Shown here piece after piece: positions 1 through 11,064 of a DNA stretch of 64,000 nucleotides. Position 1 is the first letter of the stretch, and the number at the start of each line of letters is the position of its first letter. Below the pieces are notes generated by a model that saw nothing but the letters and a program-made list of their open reading frames with translations, had not been told where the DNA came from and searched no databases. Source of the DNA: Lingula anatina (taxonomy: Eukaryota; Animalia; Brachiopoda); contig CM120641.1 in NCBI GenBank assembly GCA_051362555.1, positions 43,344,401 through 43,408,400 on the forward strand. The letters run 5' to 3'. A program made the position numbers and the translations under genes.

Positions 1-269
1 AGGTAGAAAATCACGTTATGAAAAGCACAATTTGCCTTGGGCATGACCTAAGTGTAGTATGTAAATATTTTCTCTTATTCGTGGGCATGCCATTGATAAG
101 AGATGAAAGGCCGGCATAACAGATATGAATGATGAGTGTCCCCTCGATCTAGCTTTTCACGTCAAACAGCTCATGCAAAATATTACTTCGTCCCATCTGT
201 AAGCAGGAGCTAACACTGTCAGGGCTGCACATCGATAGATAGTTTGTTCAACTTCCACAACAAAATGAT

Positions 270-703
270 GCCATATTGGATTTGGCAGCCATATTGGAAT
301 TTTCAGACATGCCAATACATCCAAACTTGCTCAGAATTTCATTGTCCACAACTGTGCCAAATTTTATGCTTGTAGTGTATGTGTATGATGAATTCACCAT
401 TCTAATGGATATCTTGAATAAGTGGACTGCATTTTTACTTTTGGTGGCCATTTTGGATTTTATACACCTGAAGAGTTCATGCAATGGTGTTTTCTAACCT
501 TCATATGATATTTTAAGCCATTAAAAAGACTATATACTTGACGTTTTAATTTGAAAGGGTATTTTGGTGGCCATCTTGGATTTGACAGCCATTGTGGAAT
601 TTTGAGGCATGCCCATATATATATCCAAATTTGCTCCAAATTTCATTGTGCACAAATGTGCCAAATTTCATGCTTGTAGGTAAAATATTTTTCACCAAAT
701 TCC
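270..703. repeat. Interspersed repeat with internal duplication (GCCATNTTGGATTT ... GTGCCAAATTTYATGCTTGTAG)
   Basis: 270-378 and 570-680 are diverged direct copies, and GCCATYTTGGATTT recurs at about 447. The block is absent from the paralogous locus (10322-10465). Confidence 0.65.
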
Positions 704-740
704 TGCACATACGAAGATGTTAAAATGAAGAATATAGCCT

Positions 741-1283
741 TAGATGGTTTCAATATCGACTGGTCCATAGAATCTTAGGAACAAATTCTTTTTTATTTCG
801 GATAAATGTAGTAGAATCAAATTTATGTGTATTTTGTATAAAAGAGGAGGAAACTTTTGTTCATTTGTTTTGGGAATGCAGTAGAATTTCAGAAATCTGG
901 GAACAAGTAAGAGAATGGTTAGAAAATGAGTTAAATATAATAGAAAGATTAAACTGTATTGACATTATATTTGGAAAAGAACAAAGTTTGGTAAATTTAA
1001 TTATTTGTTTGGTTAAAAAATTTATATATTGCCAGAAAATTACCAAAAGTGTCCCAGATTTCTTGAAAGTAAAAAGTTATATAAATCAATATATGGAAAG
1101 TGACTATTTTACTTATAGCAAAAATATGGATAATGATGGTTTTATTAAAAAATGGAAAAAATTAGGAAGTGATTTTGTGAATAGGAAATTTAACAGTTAA
1201 GTACCTTTAGAGCTTGTATGTATATATGGGTGTGAGAGTGTTTTGTAATTTTTTTATTTTGAAATAAATTAAAAAAAAAAAAA
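741..1283 (+). mobile_element. 5'-truncated L1/Tx1-clade LINE (ORF2 C-terminus, poly(A), 13-bp TSD)
   Basis: Open frame 742-1200 reads RWFQYRLVHRILGTN...CVFC...EETFVHLFWEC, the C-terminal CCHC/zf-RVT region. AATAAA at 1263 and an A-tail at 1271-1285. TSD AAGAATATAGCCT at 728-740 and 1284-1296. The empty site is at about 10490-10502. Confidence 0.9.
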
Positions 1284-1396
1284 AAGAATATAGCCTACGT
1301 TATTCGGATCTCTGACACTCAGAGTAATGCACCGTTTACAGTGTTAACACACTTACAGTAACAATATTAGTAATAGATAGACCTCTAGTCAGCGAG

Positions 1397-1951
1397 AATT
1401 CTTGGAATTGTCAGAATGCGCTTGAATCCGCCTGGAATGATTCGTGCACATTTCGGCTGCATTATCTCTCAAATGCAGCTCGAATGTAGTTGGAAAACTA
1501 GGAATATCAATAATGCTGTCAGAATGCAGTCAGAATATTCAGAATACACTTCGAATGCCGTACCAGTGTAGTTCGATTGCAGGCTGAAATTGGATCGAGA
1601 TGCATTCGAGTTGCATTCCGACTCATTCTAGCAGGATTTGAAATGTCTTGCCATTTCGGTTCTCCTTCAAATGTGATCAGAATGTTTCGAATGCTGTCGG
1701 AATGCCGTGAGAATATTTAGAATGCAGCCATAGTGCATCTAGAATACTATTTAAATACCATTCGATAATTTTCCACTTGGAATGCACTTCGAAAGTTTTT
1801 AACATCAGCAAAACATTCGGGCCGGCCACAAGAATGGGTAAAAATATTTGAAATGCCCTCGGATTTTTTAGAATGCTCTTCGATTATCCAGGAAGGCACA
1901 AAGAATTGTCTTTCCGACGGCATTCTTGCTCATTCCGCCGTGTGACGGGGT
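1397..1951. mobile_element. Truncated non-autonomous DNA transposon with GAATGC/GCATTC subrepeats
   Basis: Many GAATG(C)/GCATTC units in both orientations, ending in a TIR-like CCGCCGTGTGACGGGGT. The left end is missing and the superfamily is uncertain. Confidence 0.5.
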
Positions 1952-2742
1952 ATAAGAAAGAACTAAAGCCAACAAATACCATATAGTTGTTTTTAAGAGG
2001 AAAAACTGCCCGGGCAGCCTCCTTCGAAATCACATCCAGCTTTTAACTATCCATGTATGTAAAACAGCTCTATATTTCAAGTCACCACTACGATTTTTTT
2101 CACTCTGATACATGCACGGGCTGTGTTGGCCTGTTTTGTATTATTCTTAAAATTAAATTTGGTCTGGTAATAACATTCCGGAGTGGACATCTACGCGTAT
2201 ATAATTGGTGCCCCGACACATTCAGAACAAGTTGAGCCGCGGACTAACAGATTCGCGGTTCAAATATGACCGACCCACTGCGTTGGCTCGAAATAGGGCA
2301 TTACGTTTTAGACTTTCTTAGTGGATAACGCAATTCAAAGATTCCACGGTTCGTCCACATAATGACCAGTTAAATGATTAATTCGTTGACGCTCGGTAGC
2401 TACATATTCTAAGGGAAGTCTCCAACCCTTAACTCGTCTGCTCCGTACCCTATCGCTTCCAATCTCCTTCTTCGCTGCTTCCTTCTACATGTCTCCCCCT
2501 ACGTGACTCTCCCTTCTATCTCTCAAGGTGCGCTTACTTATTTCTAATCTGCCTGTATAGTCGATGACGCAAAGTTTAACTACCTATAATTGTGTAATTA
2601 ATTTCTTTACCTCGACGTTGTACAAAGAGAACGCCACATTACTTGAGAACAATTAGACCACAACACATTACGTCATACGACTTCAAAACATATGTATGTC
2701 GGCCACGACAGTACATGTACAACCACTGCCGCAGAAATAAAG

Positions 2743-5700
2743 ATGCCGGATCACATTCGCTCGGACACTGACACTGGTAAATAACGTTTTTTAGCTCTTT
2801 CATATCCACTGAACGTAAGTAACAATGTTTATGTACTTGGTGTGCGTAATGTATCGTATTTCATTGTGTCATATTGCACCCCATTTCCATAGATTTTTAG
2901 ATCGATCTATCCCTGTGGGGAGTCTCACTAGATTACTGTCAGCTTGGCCGGCTTAAGCGTCTGTCCCGCCTACTAAAAGCTGTAAGGGGGTAATTAACTA
3001 TGGTGCCCGCTAGGCTGACTGCAATTTAGCGTGAACCCCCCAGGGAGTTAGGTCGATCAAAATCTTAATCTTTAGATCGATCTAAATCTCTGGGAAAGCA
3101 CCCTTGGAGTAGATTTGCAATTTCAATAGAACAGAACACTTCTCACACTGCAACAAGCTGTTCTGCCTGTTATTTAAAATGTCCATCGGGGCTCAGCTCG
3201 TTAAGCTTAAAATACCAACCATATGGTGGTAATCATCTGTAGTAGGCCTACAATGAAAACGAAATTGATGAAAACAAAGTGATGCTTAGACCCGCACGGA
3301 AATGCAGTAGTATCGAAGTAGCAAAGAAGCATTAACGCAGTAGTGGTGTGAAGCATATTTGCAGTAGAAATGCAGTATAGCCTACTGCAATTCTACTCCA
3401 AAAAGTACATAGGTTTGTACAGAGAGGAGCATTAATGCAGTAGATTAGCAGCATGATAGAAGCATGTTTCAAATATGCTAATTAGCTCCAAAATAGAAGC
3501 AGATTTGAAGCATGTTTGCAGTATGATTGCAGTAGTCCTACATCTCCGACCTTTTCCAAGAAAGAACAACAAGTTACAACCTTAGAGGAGAAAAGACTCT
3601 AAACATTCCCAGATTTAACACAGTGACATACTGCAAAAAATCCTTATCATATCTTGGGCCAAAAATATGGAATGATCTCTCAAATGACTTAAAGCAAAGC
3701 ATCAATTCAAATGAGTTTAAATCATTTTTAAGGCTTTGGGAAGGACCCAAATGCAGATGTAGCCTGTGTTACGTATATGCTTTTAGTGAAAATGTGTAAT
3801 AATACGTCATGTTTACATTGTTTATATAACTGTATCATTGAGCATTGTATGTAAAATTGTCTATTTTTCACAGTTGATTTAGATATAGCATTCTGCACAT
3901 TTCCCATAAAAAAACTTTTTTCTTTTTTTCTAATTTGTTATCTTAATAGATTTCGTGTTTTTGTATACTCTTTGTAGATTTTTTTTTTTTTTACTCTCTT
4001 ACTAGACTTCATGTGTAATATTGCATTATTGCAGATATGTTTTTGTCCTTACACAGTCGGAGAATAGCTGTAAAGCTAATGTTTCCATTCAATTTATAAC
4101 CGACATGAAATAAAATTTATTGTATTGTATTGTATTGTAGTCTACTGCGCTGGAGTATCTAGTGCGTTTTCGTGCGGGTATCCTCTTTTATTTAAATTTA
4201 AGGCGGAAATGTAGGTTAGAGATTTTCTCTTAAAATAAAGGTCTTAGCTTTTTTATTCCTGTCATATTCATTTAATGTATCCTCAAAATATCTAATTAGG
4301 CCTATGCCTGAAACATAGCTCCAACTTCATCGTGTGACGTAATATTGGGATTTTGGGGACAAAACACCATTTTTAAACACCTGATTTTCTCAGGCACCTG
4401 GACAGATATAAACATGCTTTTAATGGTATAATAATACTTGAACAAAGTACTACAAAACGGAGTCAGGGATTTTTCTTGGAGACTTATTGTTTATTTTATA
4501 TATGAAAACGTGAAATTACATCAAAATTTTAAAGAATTTTCACTTTCAAAGTCAATAAACTGGAAAAGAGAGGATCAATCAAAATTTCTTAAAAATTGCC
4601 GTAATTGCCGTTTGTCTTTTACCAATTTTTATATTCATTGTGCGTTTTAATAAGCCGAAGGACAGGAACAAAATGTCCTTATTTCACTGCCTGCAACAAA
4701 ACCAGAGGTCCCTGAAGAGTGCGGCAAGACAGAAGGAAATGAGGAAAGGCTGCTTTACCCCATCAGGTCCGTGCCCGCCATTCCAACTACATTGATTTTT
4801 GCACTGCAGGTATGGCCCAAAATGAATTAACTTTTGTAGACAAAAGAAGATTTTTGAATATTTGGGTCTTTAGAACTTACGAAATATCGGAGTGTCTGTG
4901 TTGTCCAACTTGAAAGTAACGAGTTATGAGTAATATTCATGACTTTCGTATACATTGCTAGCCTTTTGCTGGTGCAAAGAAGGAAAAGGGCTAGACTGCT
5001 GGTGGTATTATTATAAGGGCAACATAAAACGAGCAGGGGCGGATTGAAGCCGTCTTCTGGGTCTTCCATAAGACGGTCATATTTTCAAGTTTAAATTGAC
5101 GGGTATCTAATTTTTTCTGTCGGCAGACGGTCAAAAATGGATGGATCAACAAAGATTATTTGGAAGACTGTCAGAAAATATCTCTGAATCCGCCCCTGAC
5201 GAGCGCCTTCAAAGCAACATGAATTACAGAGACAAGTAAATTAAATGAATCACAAAAAGTTTGAGTTTGACTCGGGGTGGGGTAAAATAGGTGCTGTCTG
5301 CCCGTCATATTTGATTTGTTTTTATACATATTTTATTTTCGGTCACCAGCAAAGTGTAATGTGCATCACGAGCAGCGTTTCCGTCCCTCTGATCGTTGTT
5401 AAGCTCATCTGTGACGAGGACAACCAAGAGGTGCGGACGGAACTGTTCAGCGCAACAATATTTGCTTGTGGGGTTGCAACACTGCTACAGTGTAGCGTTG
5501 GAGTTAGGTGAGTCTTTCTCTCTCTCTCTCTCGCGCGTGTCATTTTCGTAATAAATTGAGTCCAGAAAGTAGCATATTTAAAATAATTAATTTTAGAGCG
5601 TTTTAAAGTTCTAAATAATAAAACATTTTAGATCTTACGAGAAATACGAGAAATTGCAATGTTATTCCTTTTCTACAGACTTCCAATCATCCAAGGCAGT

Positions 5701-8700
5701 AGTTTTTCATTCATAGCACCGTTAATAGCCATGCTTACAATTGAGGGAACGAAATTTGACGATGAAAATATCATAAAAGGTAATACATTTTTAGTTTTTT
5801 AGAGTTTTTATTGTATTTGTCACAAAAAGAGACAGATAGATAGCTTCTAAACAGAGAGATAGATATAGATAAAAAGCATTAATGCATTTACTGTCAAATG
5901 TACCTAGATTTCATAAATACTAAAATTCAGCATCAGGTGCAGGTTAAAAAATCGATTTATCAGCAGATTTGAGCCGCTTTAAAAAAATGCACTTTACTCT
6001 GTTCACATTACATGTTGCTTGTATTTCGTAGATGCCAGCAGTGCGTATTTCAACATCACACCTAATGGCACCGACGCAATGGACAGGGAGGCCATTTGGC
6101 AGGGAAAGCTTAACGAAGTCCAGGGGAGTCTTATGGTTGCCTCCCTCGTTCAAGTGATCTTAGGTGGTACGGGAGCGATCGGCGTTCTAATGAACTACAT
6201 AGGACCTCTCACTATTGCGCCTACCGTAGCCATGATTGGACTGTCGGTATTTGATATGTGCGCGGATTATGGATCTGTCCACTGGGGGATATGGATACTG
6301 TGAGTGAAGTTACTTATTCCTCTGCCCTAACTTTGTTTAAATTTATTCATATGAAGTTGCAGCTATGTTCGACGTGAGATGACCTTAAATTTTGTAATTC
6401 CTTTTTTCCAGATCCCTTGCTGTAGGGTTTATTTGCGCTGTTTACATGAGGAAGGTCAAAGTACCGTTTTTATGGTGGAATAGAGAAAGTGGCTGCCACA
6501 AAACTAGTTGCCAGATATTTGTCCTGATACCGGTGAGGGCTTACTGCATCTAGGCATTTTTTACCCTCAGCTCCATAACATCGACTTCAATGAAACCACA
6601 AATTTTAGTATCAGGACAACGGTTATGCATGTTATATCGAAATGGAAAAGACTTAATAAAATTTTCTCAAAACCATTTTCCGTGTTTCAGGCTATATTTA
6701 TGATAGTGATTGCCTGGATAGTGAGTCTCATTCTGACTTTAACTGGAGCTCTCCCAGACGACCCAGGACACCCCCAATACAATGCACGGACGGACGCTTA
6801 CGTGGGTGGGATTCACACCGCAAAATGGTTTTTCGTACCTTATCCAGGTATTGGATCTTTTCCAAAGCTCACTTTTTCGTGCCTGCAGTCGTATTGTCAT
6901 GATGGAGTCCCTGCACGTGGTTATTTCGGAATGACATGATAACTTGGTCTTTTGATAATAAATGTAGAAATTTCTGTCTCAAGGTATTGGTTTAATTTTT
7001 ATGTCACTCGAACAAGATACCATGCGACCCATCATTTCGTTTTGGAATTTTTTCTTCATAACCACGTTTAAATAATTAAGCAATGGCGGATCCATTGGAG
7101 AGGTACAGTAGACAACTTGTACTAGTACTCCCACCATAAACTATAGCGAATTAAGCAAAAGAAAACCAAGCAATTTTTCATTCCCTGTGAAATGGTAAAT
7201 TACCCTCGGCTTATGTTTTATGTTTGCTAGTAAAACTAAGCAAATTCCTTATCCATGTGCCCATCCTTAGCAAAATCGTTGATCTGCCCATGTTGTTTAT
7301 GTCCAGTGTTGTTAATGTCCACAGGTCGTATTTTTCTCGTGTTTTAAATTCTGTTTATAGGTAAATATGGCCTTCCAACCGTCACTGTGGGTGGTGTAAT
7401 CGGCATGATTGCCGCCACTATAGCTTCCACCATAGAGTCTATTGGGGACTACCACGCATGCGCCAGTGTATGTGAGGTGCCATCCCCGCCCTCTCACGCC
7501 GTCAATAGGGGTATCCTTATGGAGGGAATCGGTAGTATTATAGCCGCGAGTGTAGGGACAGGGCATGGTACAACTTCTTACAGCCAGTGCATTGGTGCCA
7601 TTGGAATAACAAAGGTGACCTTAAAGAATTTGTTAGTCAAGAAACCTGATTAAGAATATTAATAGTAAGTTCAATTCATACAAAAACCAATTCTCTTTGG
7701 TTTACCTTTCATTGCCTCAACAGAAATATATCTAAAATTCAGACGCCCATTCGAAAATATAACTTTTAAGTTTACAAATGATAGGCCTACTGGCAAATTA
7801 TACTTACAATTGATTAATTCATAATGACATTTGACAAATGTGTATGTGCCGTGAAATTAGAAAGTTTGACAAAAGCACTGTGCTTTGGGGGGGGGGGGGG
7901 GGGGAGTCACGTTCTGCAAATAACAAACATATCATAAAAAATAAGCGAAATTGTTATTCTGTTGTAGTTTGAGTAGACTTGGAATTTGGAAATGATATTA
8001 GTCCTACCTTCCTTTCTTCTCGATTTGCCCAAGAGCCACGGCAACTCAGTTCATTTCAGGGCAAAGTGATAGCCGATACTTTATTTCTGTAAAATTCTGT
8101 CCCTCTCCCCCATTACTCATCCTGCTTGCATTAGTTTTATCAACAATATCATTAAGTCTGCATGTATACTGTATGTCAGGTCGGCAGTTTGAGGGTGTTC
8201 CAGACAGCAGGTATATTGATGATAGTTCTTGGAGTCATTGGAAAGTTTGGTGCCACTCTGGCGGCCATTCCCGACCCCATCCAAGGCGCCATTATCACCC
8301 TGGGGTTAGCCATGGTAATCTCGGTGGGTCTGTCAAACCTGGAGTTCATCGACATGAGATCCTCCCGTAATATGGCCATCCTAGGAACATCACTGATGTG
8401 TGGCCTTCTGGTACCATACTGGATGAAGAAGAATCCAACAGCGGTCAGAACGGGTACTTATTGATCTGATCATGTAGTACTTTTAGTGAATAACAGATAC
8501 AGCGATGCATTTCCTAACGCTTGTCCAGAATAAAACAATAATTCTATACGAAACTACGTGGGTTCTTCAGTCTATTACAATATGTCGGAAATATTGAAAA
8601 TCATTTGATTTTTGTACAAAATGATGGTCTATTGTCTATAAGTTAATTTATCATAATTATTCATGATCTGGATTTGTATCATCTCATTCAAGGTGTAAAT

Positions 8701-9312
8701 GAAATTGACCAACTGTTCACAGTATTTTTGACCACGCCCATGTTTATAAGTGGACTTCTGGGTTTTTTCCTGGATAATACAGTCCCAGGTAAAGTTCCTG
8801 GAACCATTTTCGTTCTGGAAAATATGCCAATCAGTCTGACAACCAGACATCAATGATTAAGGCAATGACCTCAGTTTTCAAATAATAATAATAATAATAA
8901 TAACAATATTAATAATAATGATAATAATATTGTTAAGTACAAATAAAAAAGAGGATGGCCTCTGCCTCTTCTTTTCTTTGAAAATAGCTTTGCAGCTTTA
9001 ATTTGTTGGCCTTTATGTCTTTGTAATCATATCACCATTGACGTGAATGATTTCATTTGAATTTTATTGTCTGTTTTTTCTCTAGGTACTGTAGAAGAAA
9101 GAGGAATTAAAAGATGGAAAGAAAGTCTTTCTGGAAAATCGACAGCAATTTTGCAGGGAAGCATGAAGGATTACGACATTCCGTTTGTGTCTGACTGGAT
9201 GAGAAAAATAAAATGTTTTAAACTCGTGCCCTGTTTACCTCCATATCAAGAGAGGACTTTGCAAGCTTGCGGCAAAGTTCTTAGAAGAAACAAAAACAAA
9301 CGAAACAAATAG
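2743..9312 (+). CDS. SLC23 / nucleobase-ascorbate transporter (NAT/NCS2) family protein, paralog A, about 614 aa
   Basis: Phase-compatible GT-AG exons: 2743-2776 (in-frame upstream ATG at 2692 possible), 4655-4809, 5350-5507, 5679-5779, 6032-6299, 6412-6532, 6691-6847, 7361-7614, 8180-8453, 8693-8788, 9086-9312 (1845 nt). Motifs [48 protein letters not shown] and LDNTVPGT. Exon 1 is supported by homology to exon 1 of B. Confidence 0.92.
2877..3103. mobile_element. PIF/Harbinger-like MITE, family 1, copy 1
   Basis: Aligns to 39297-39511. Imperfect TIRs contain TAGATCGATCTA, and the flanks read TTG/TTG. Confidence 0.8.
3291..4178. mobile_element. CMC/EnSpm-like MITE (CCCGCACG...CGTGCGGG) interrupted by a LINE
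   Basis: TIR CCCGCACGGAAATGCAGTAG versus CTAGTGCGTTTTCGTGCGGG, with GCAGTA/GAAGCA subterminal repeats. No clean TSD. Confidence 0.6.
3539..4138 (+). mobile_element. 3' fragment of an L2/Crack (CR1-group) LINE
   Basis: The frame from 3539 reads [17 protein letters not shown]...[11 protein letters not shown]...[18 protein letters not shown], typical of CR1-group ORF2 C-termini. It is followed by a 3' UTR, AATAAA and a (TTGTA)n tail, and flanked by imperfect GTAGTC(C)TAC direct repeats. Confidence 0.8.
4202..4646. mobile_element. Probable TTAA-flanked (Kolobok-like) non-autonomous element
   Basis: TTAA at 4198-4201 and 4647-4650. The TIRs are degenerate and the assignment rests on general resemblance only. 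Confidence 0.4.
5034..5198. mobile_element. MITE family 2, copy 1 (TIR CAGGGGCGGATT, 5-bp TSD ACGAG)
   Basis: Perfect 12-bp TIR with ACGAG on both sides. Full-length homolog at 41767-41935. Confidence 0.9.
7081..7292. mobile_element. Degenerate MITE with CAxxGGCGGATC-type termini
   Basis: CAATGGCGGATCCA ... TGATCTGCCCATG. No TSD seen. Confidence 0.4.
8881..8930. repeat. Imperfect (AAT)n microsatellite
   Basis: Directly visible. Confidence 0.9.
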
Positions 9313-10584
9313 GTTATTCCCTCCATAGCGAGCAACATGACTCTGCATGGTACATAAAGTTATGGCACACTGTCAAATACTAAGATAAACAGTTAATATT
9401 TCATATTCTTCCATGTATAAGTTTGCCCTGCTCACCTGTATTTAAGAGGGGGTAAATGATATTGAAGTCCATCCCCTTACTGATAGCGTAGTTCCTTCCT
9501 GGTTACTATGAAGGCTGTCTCATAAATTAAGAGTGACTGAATAAATTGAAAAAGTCACAACTTGGACTGTTTGTTGTTCCTGGGCTTTTCTTAAAACATG
9601 TTGCTTAGCAACAAAATTAATATGAACAGCTATCGCTTTCTGTTTATCTTTATCTTTGCTATATGCTGACAACATAACGTGGGATTGGAAACAATGAGAA
9701 TACTTCGCTTGCAACGAAAATGCACTAAGAAATGATAAATAGCTTTTTCATAAAACATGTTGCCATGCCAACAGAATTTACATTGGTACCCATCACTTTT
9801 GTTGATCTACATGCATATCTGTCCTTTGTGCTGAATTTCATGTGTTGGGAGATATAGACTATGAAAATACCCCATCTGTGAAGAAAAATAGAAAAGAATG
9901 TGCATAAACAATAAACAATAAACAAAAAAGTTCACAGCAACAAAACTGACTTGGATACCTATAATTTTTAACCTAATATGGATATAACATTGGTGACTTG
10001 ACATACCCACATTTCAAAATATTGCAACAGGTAGAAAATCACAAGGACATAACTTTAACTATGGTCGTTATGAAAAGCGCAATTTGCCATGGGCATGACC
10101 TAAGTGTAGTATGTAAATATTTTCTCTTATTCGTGGGCATGCCATTGATAAGCGATGAAAGGCCGGCATAACAGATATGAATGATGAGTGTCCCCTCGAT
10201 CTAGCTCAAACGTCAAACAGCCAATGCAAAATATTAGCTCGTGCCATCTGTAAGCAGGAGCTAACACTGTCAGGGCTGCACATCGATAGATAGTGTTCAA
10301 CTTCCACAAGCAAAATGATGCTGGACCAGATTTCTTTGGACTCGAACACAGGTAAGTATAAGCTAAGATCTCTTCCGAACGAGTACAGTAGGGGGTTTTC
10401 GTTCTGTAACGGAATTTCAGAGGTCACATGAGTTTCTCAATGTGTATACCAAAGTCTGATAAGTTTGCACATACGGAGATTTTAAAATGAAGAATATAGC
10501 CTACGTCATTCGGATCTTTGACACTCAGAGTAATGCACTGCTTACAGTGTTCACACACCTACAGTAACAATATTAGTAATAGAT

Positions 10585-10668
10585 GGACCTCTAGTCAGCG
10601 AGAGTTATGTGGCATACACGAGTGCGAAGCACAAGTTCATGTCACAAACCCTCGCTGACGAGGGGTCC
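10585..10668. repeat. 84-nt imperfect hairpin centred on GCGAAGC
   Basis: GGACCTCTAGTCAGCGAGAGTTATGTGGCAT pairs with ATGTCACAAACCCTCGCTGACGAGGGGTCC. GCGAAGC is at 10624-10630. Confidence 0.7.
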
Positions 10669-10762
10669 TTAAGCGGGCTATAACGCATTCATACGAGACG
10701 TGCTGTTAGTACTAGTTACATCACGTCTGAGTCTGTTGTTCTCCAATTTCACCGTGATCTAA

Positions 10763-11064
10763 GGCCGCATTCACATCGAGTTGAGCCATGGCTCTGCAAA
10801 GCCAAGACCTAAATATGGCGGACGTACATGAAAGGAAAACCGCCTAATCTTTTAATAGTCTCTCCGCCTCTCACAAGCCTCCCCATGTGTCGCCCCAATG
10901 GAGCCGCGATTTAATGACAGCACCCCCGCAGGGACGGCGCATGGGGAGGCGTGTGAGAGGCGGGGAGACTAATAAAAGATTAGGCGGTTTTCCTTTCATG
11001 AACGTCCGCCATATTTAGGTCGTGGCTTTGTAGAGCCATGGCTCAACTCGATGTGAATGCAGCC
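10763..11064. mobile_element. 302-bp near-perfect palindromic PIF/Harbinger-like MITE, TSD TAA
   Basis: Inverted arms of about 130 bp starting GGCCGCATTCACATCGAGTTGAGCC. TAA at 10760-10762 and 11065-11067. Confidence 0.9.

Larger units (their letters stand above)
1..1397 (+). pseudogene. Relic duplicate of the SLC23-B upstream region, exon 1 start and intron 1, broken by repeats
   Basis: 1-271 aligns to 10029-10321 up to CAAAATGATGC, the start codons of gene B. 704-740 plus 1284-1397 align to 10466-10603. The rest of exon 1 and its GT donor are replaced by a repeat. Confidence 0.8.

Noticed and set aside
1397-1951. CRISPR-like array from recurring GAATGC units (also GCAGTA units at 3291-3540)
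   Set aside because: The units are short, degenerate and irregularly spaced, the context is eukaryotic, and there are no cas genes. They are better explained as TE subterminal repeats.
4673-4809. ATG at 4673 as the start of SLC23-A
   Set aside because: It is out of frame with LLYPI...FALQ. A phase-1 upstream exon homologous to exon 1 of B fits better.
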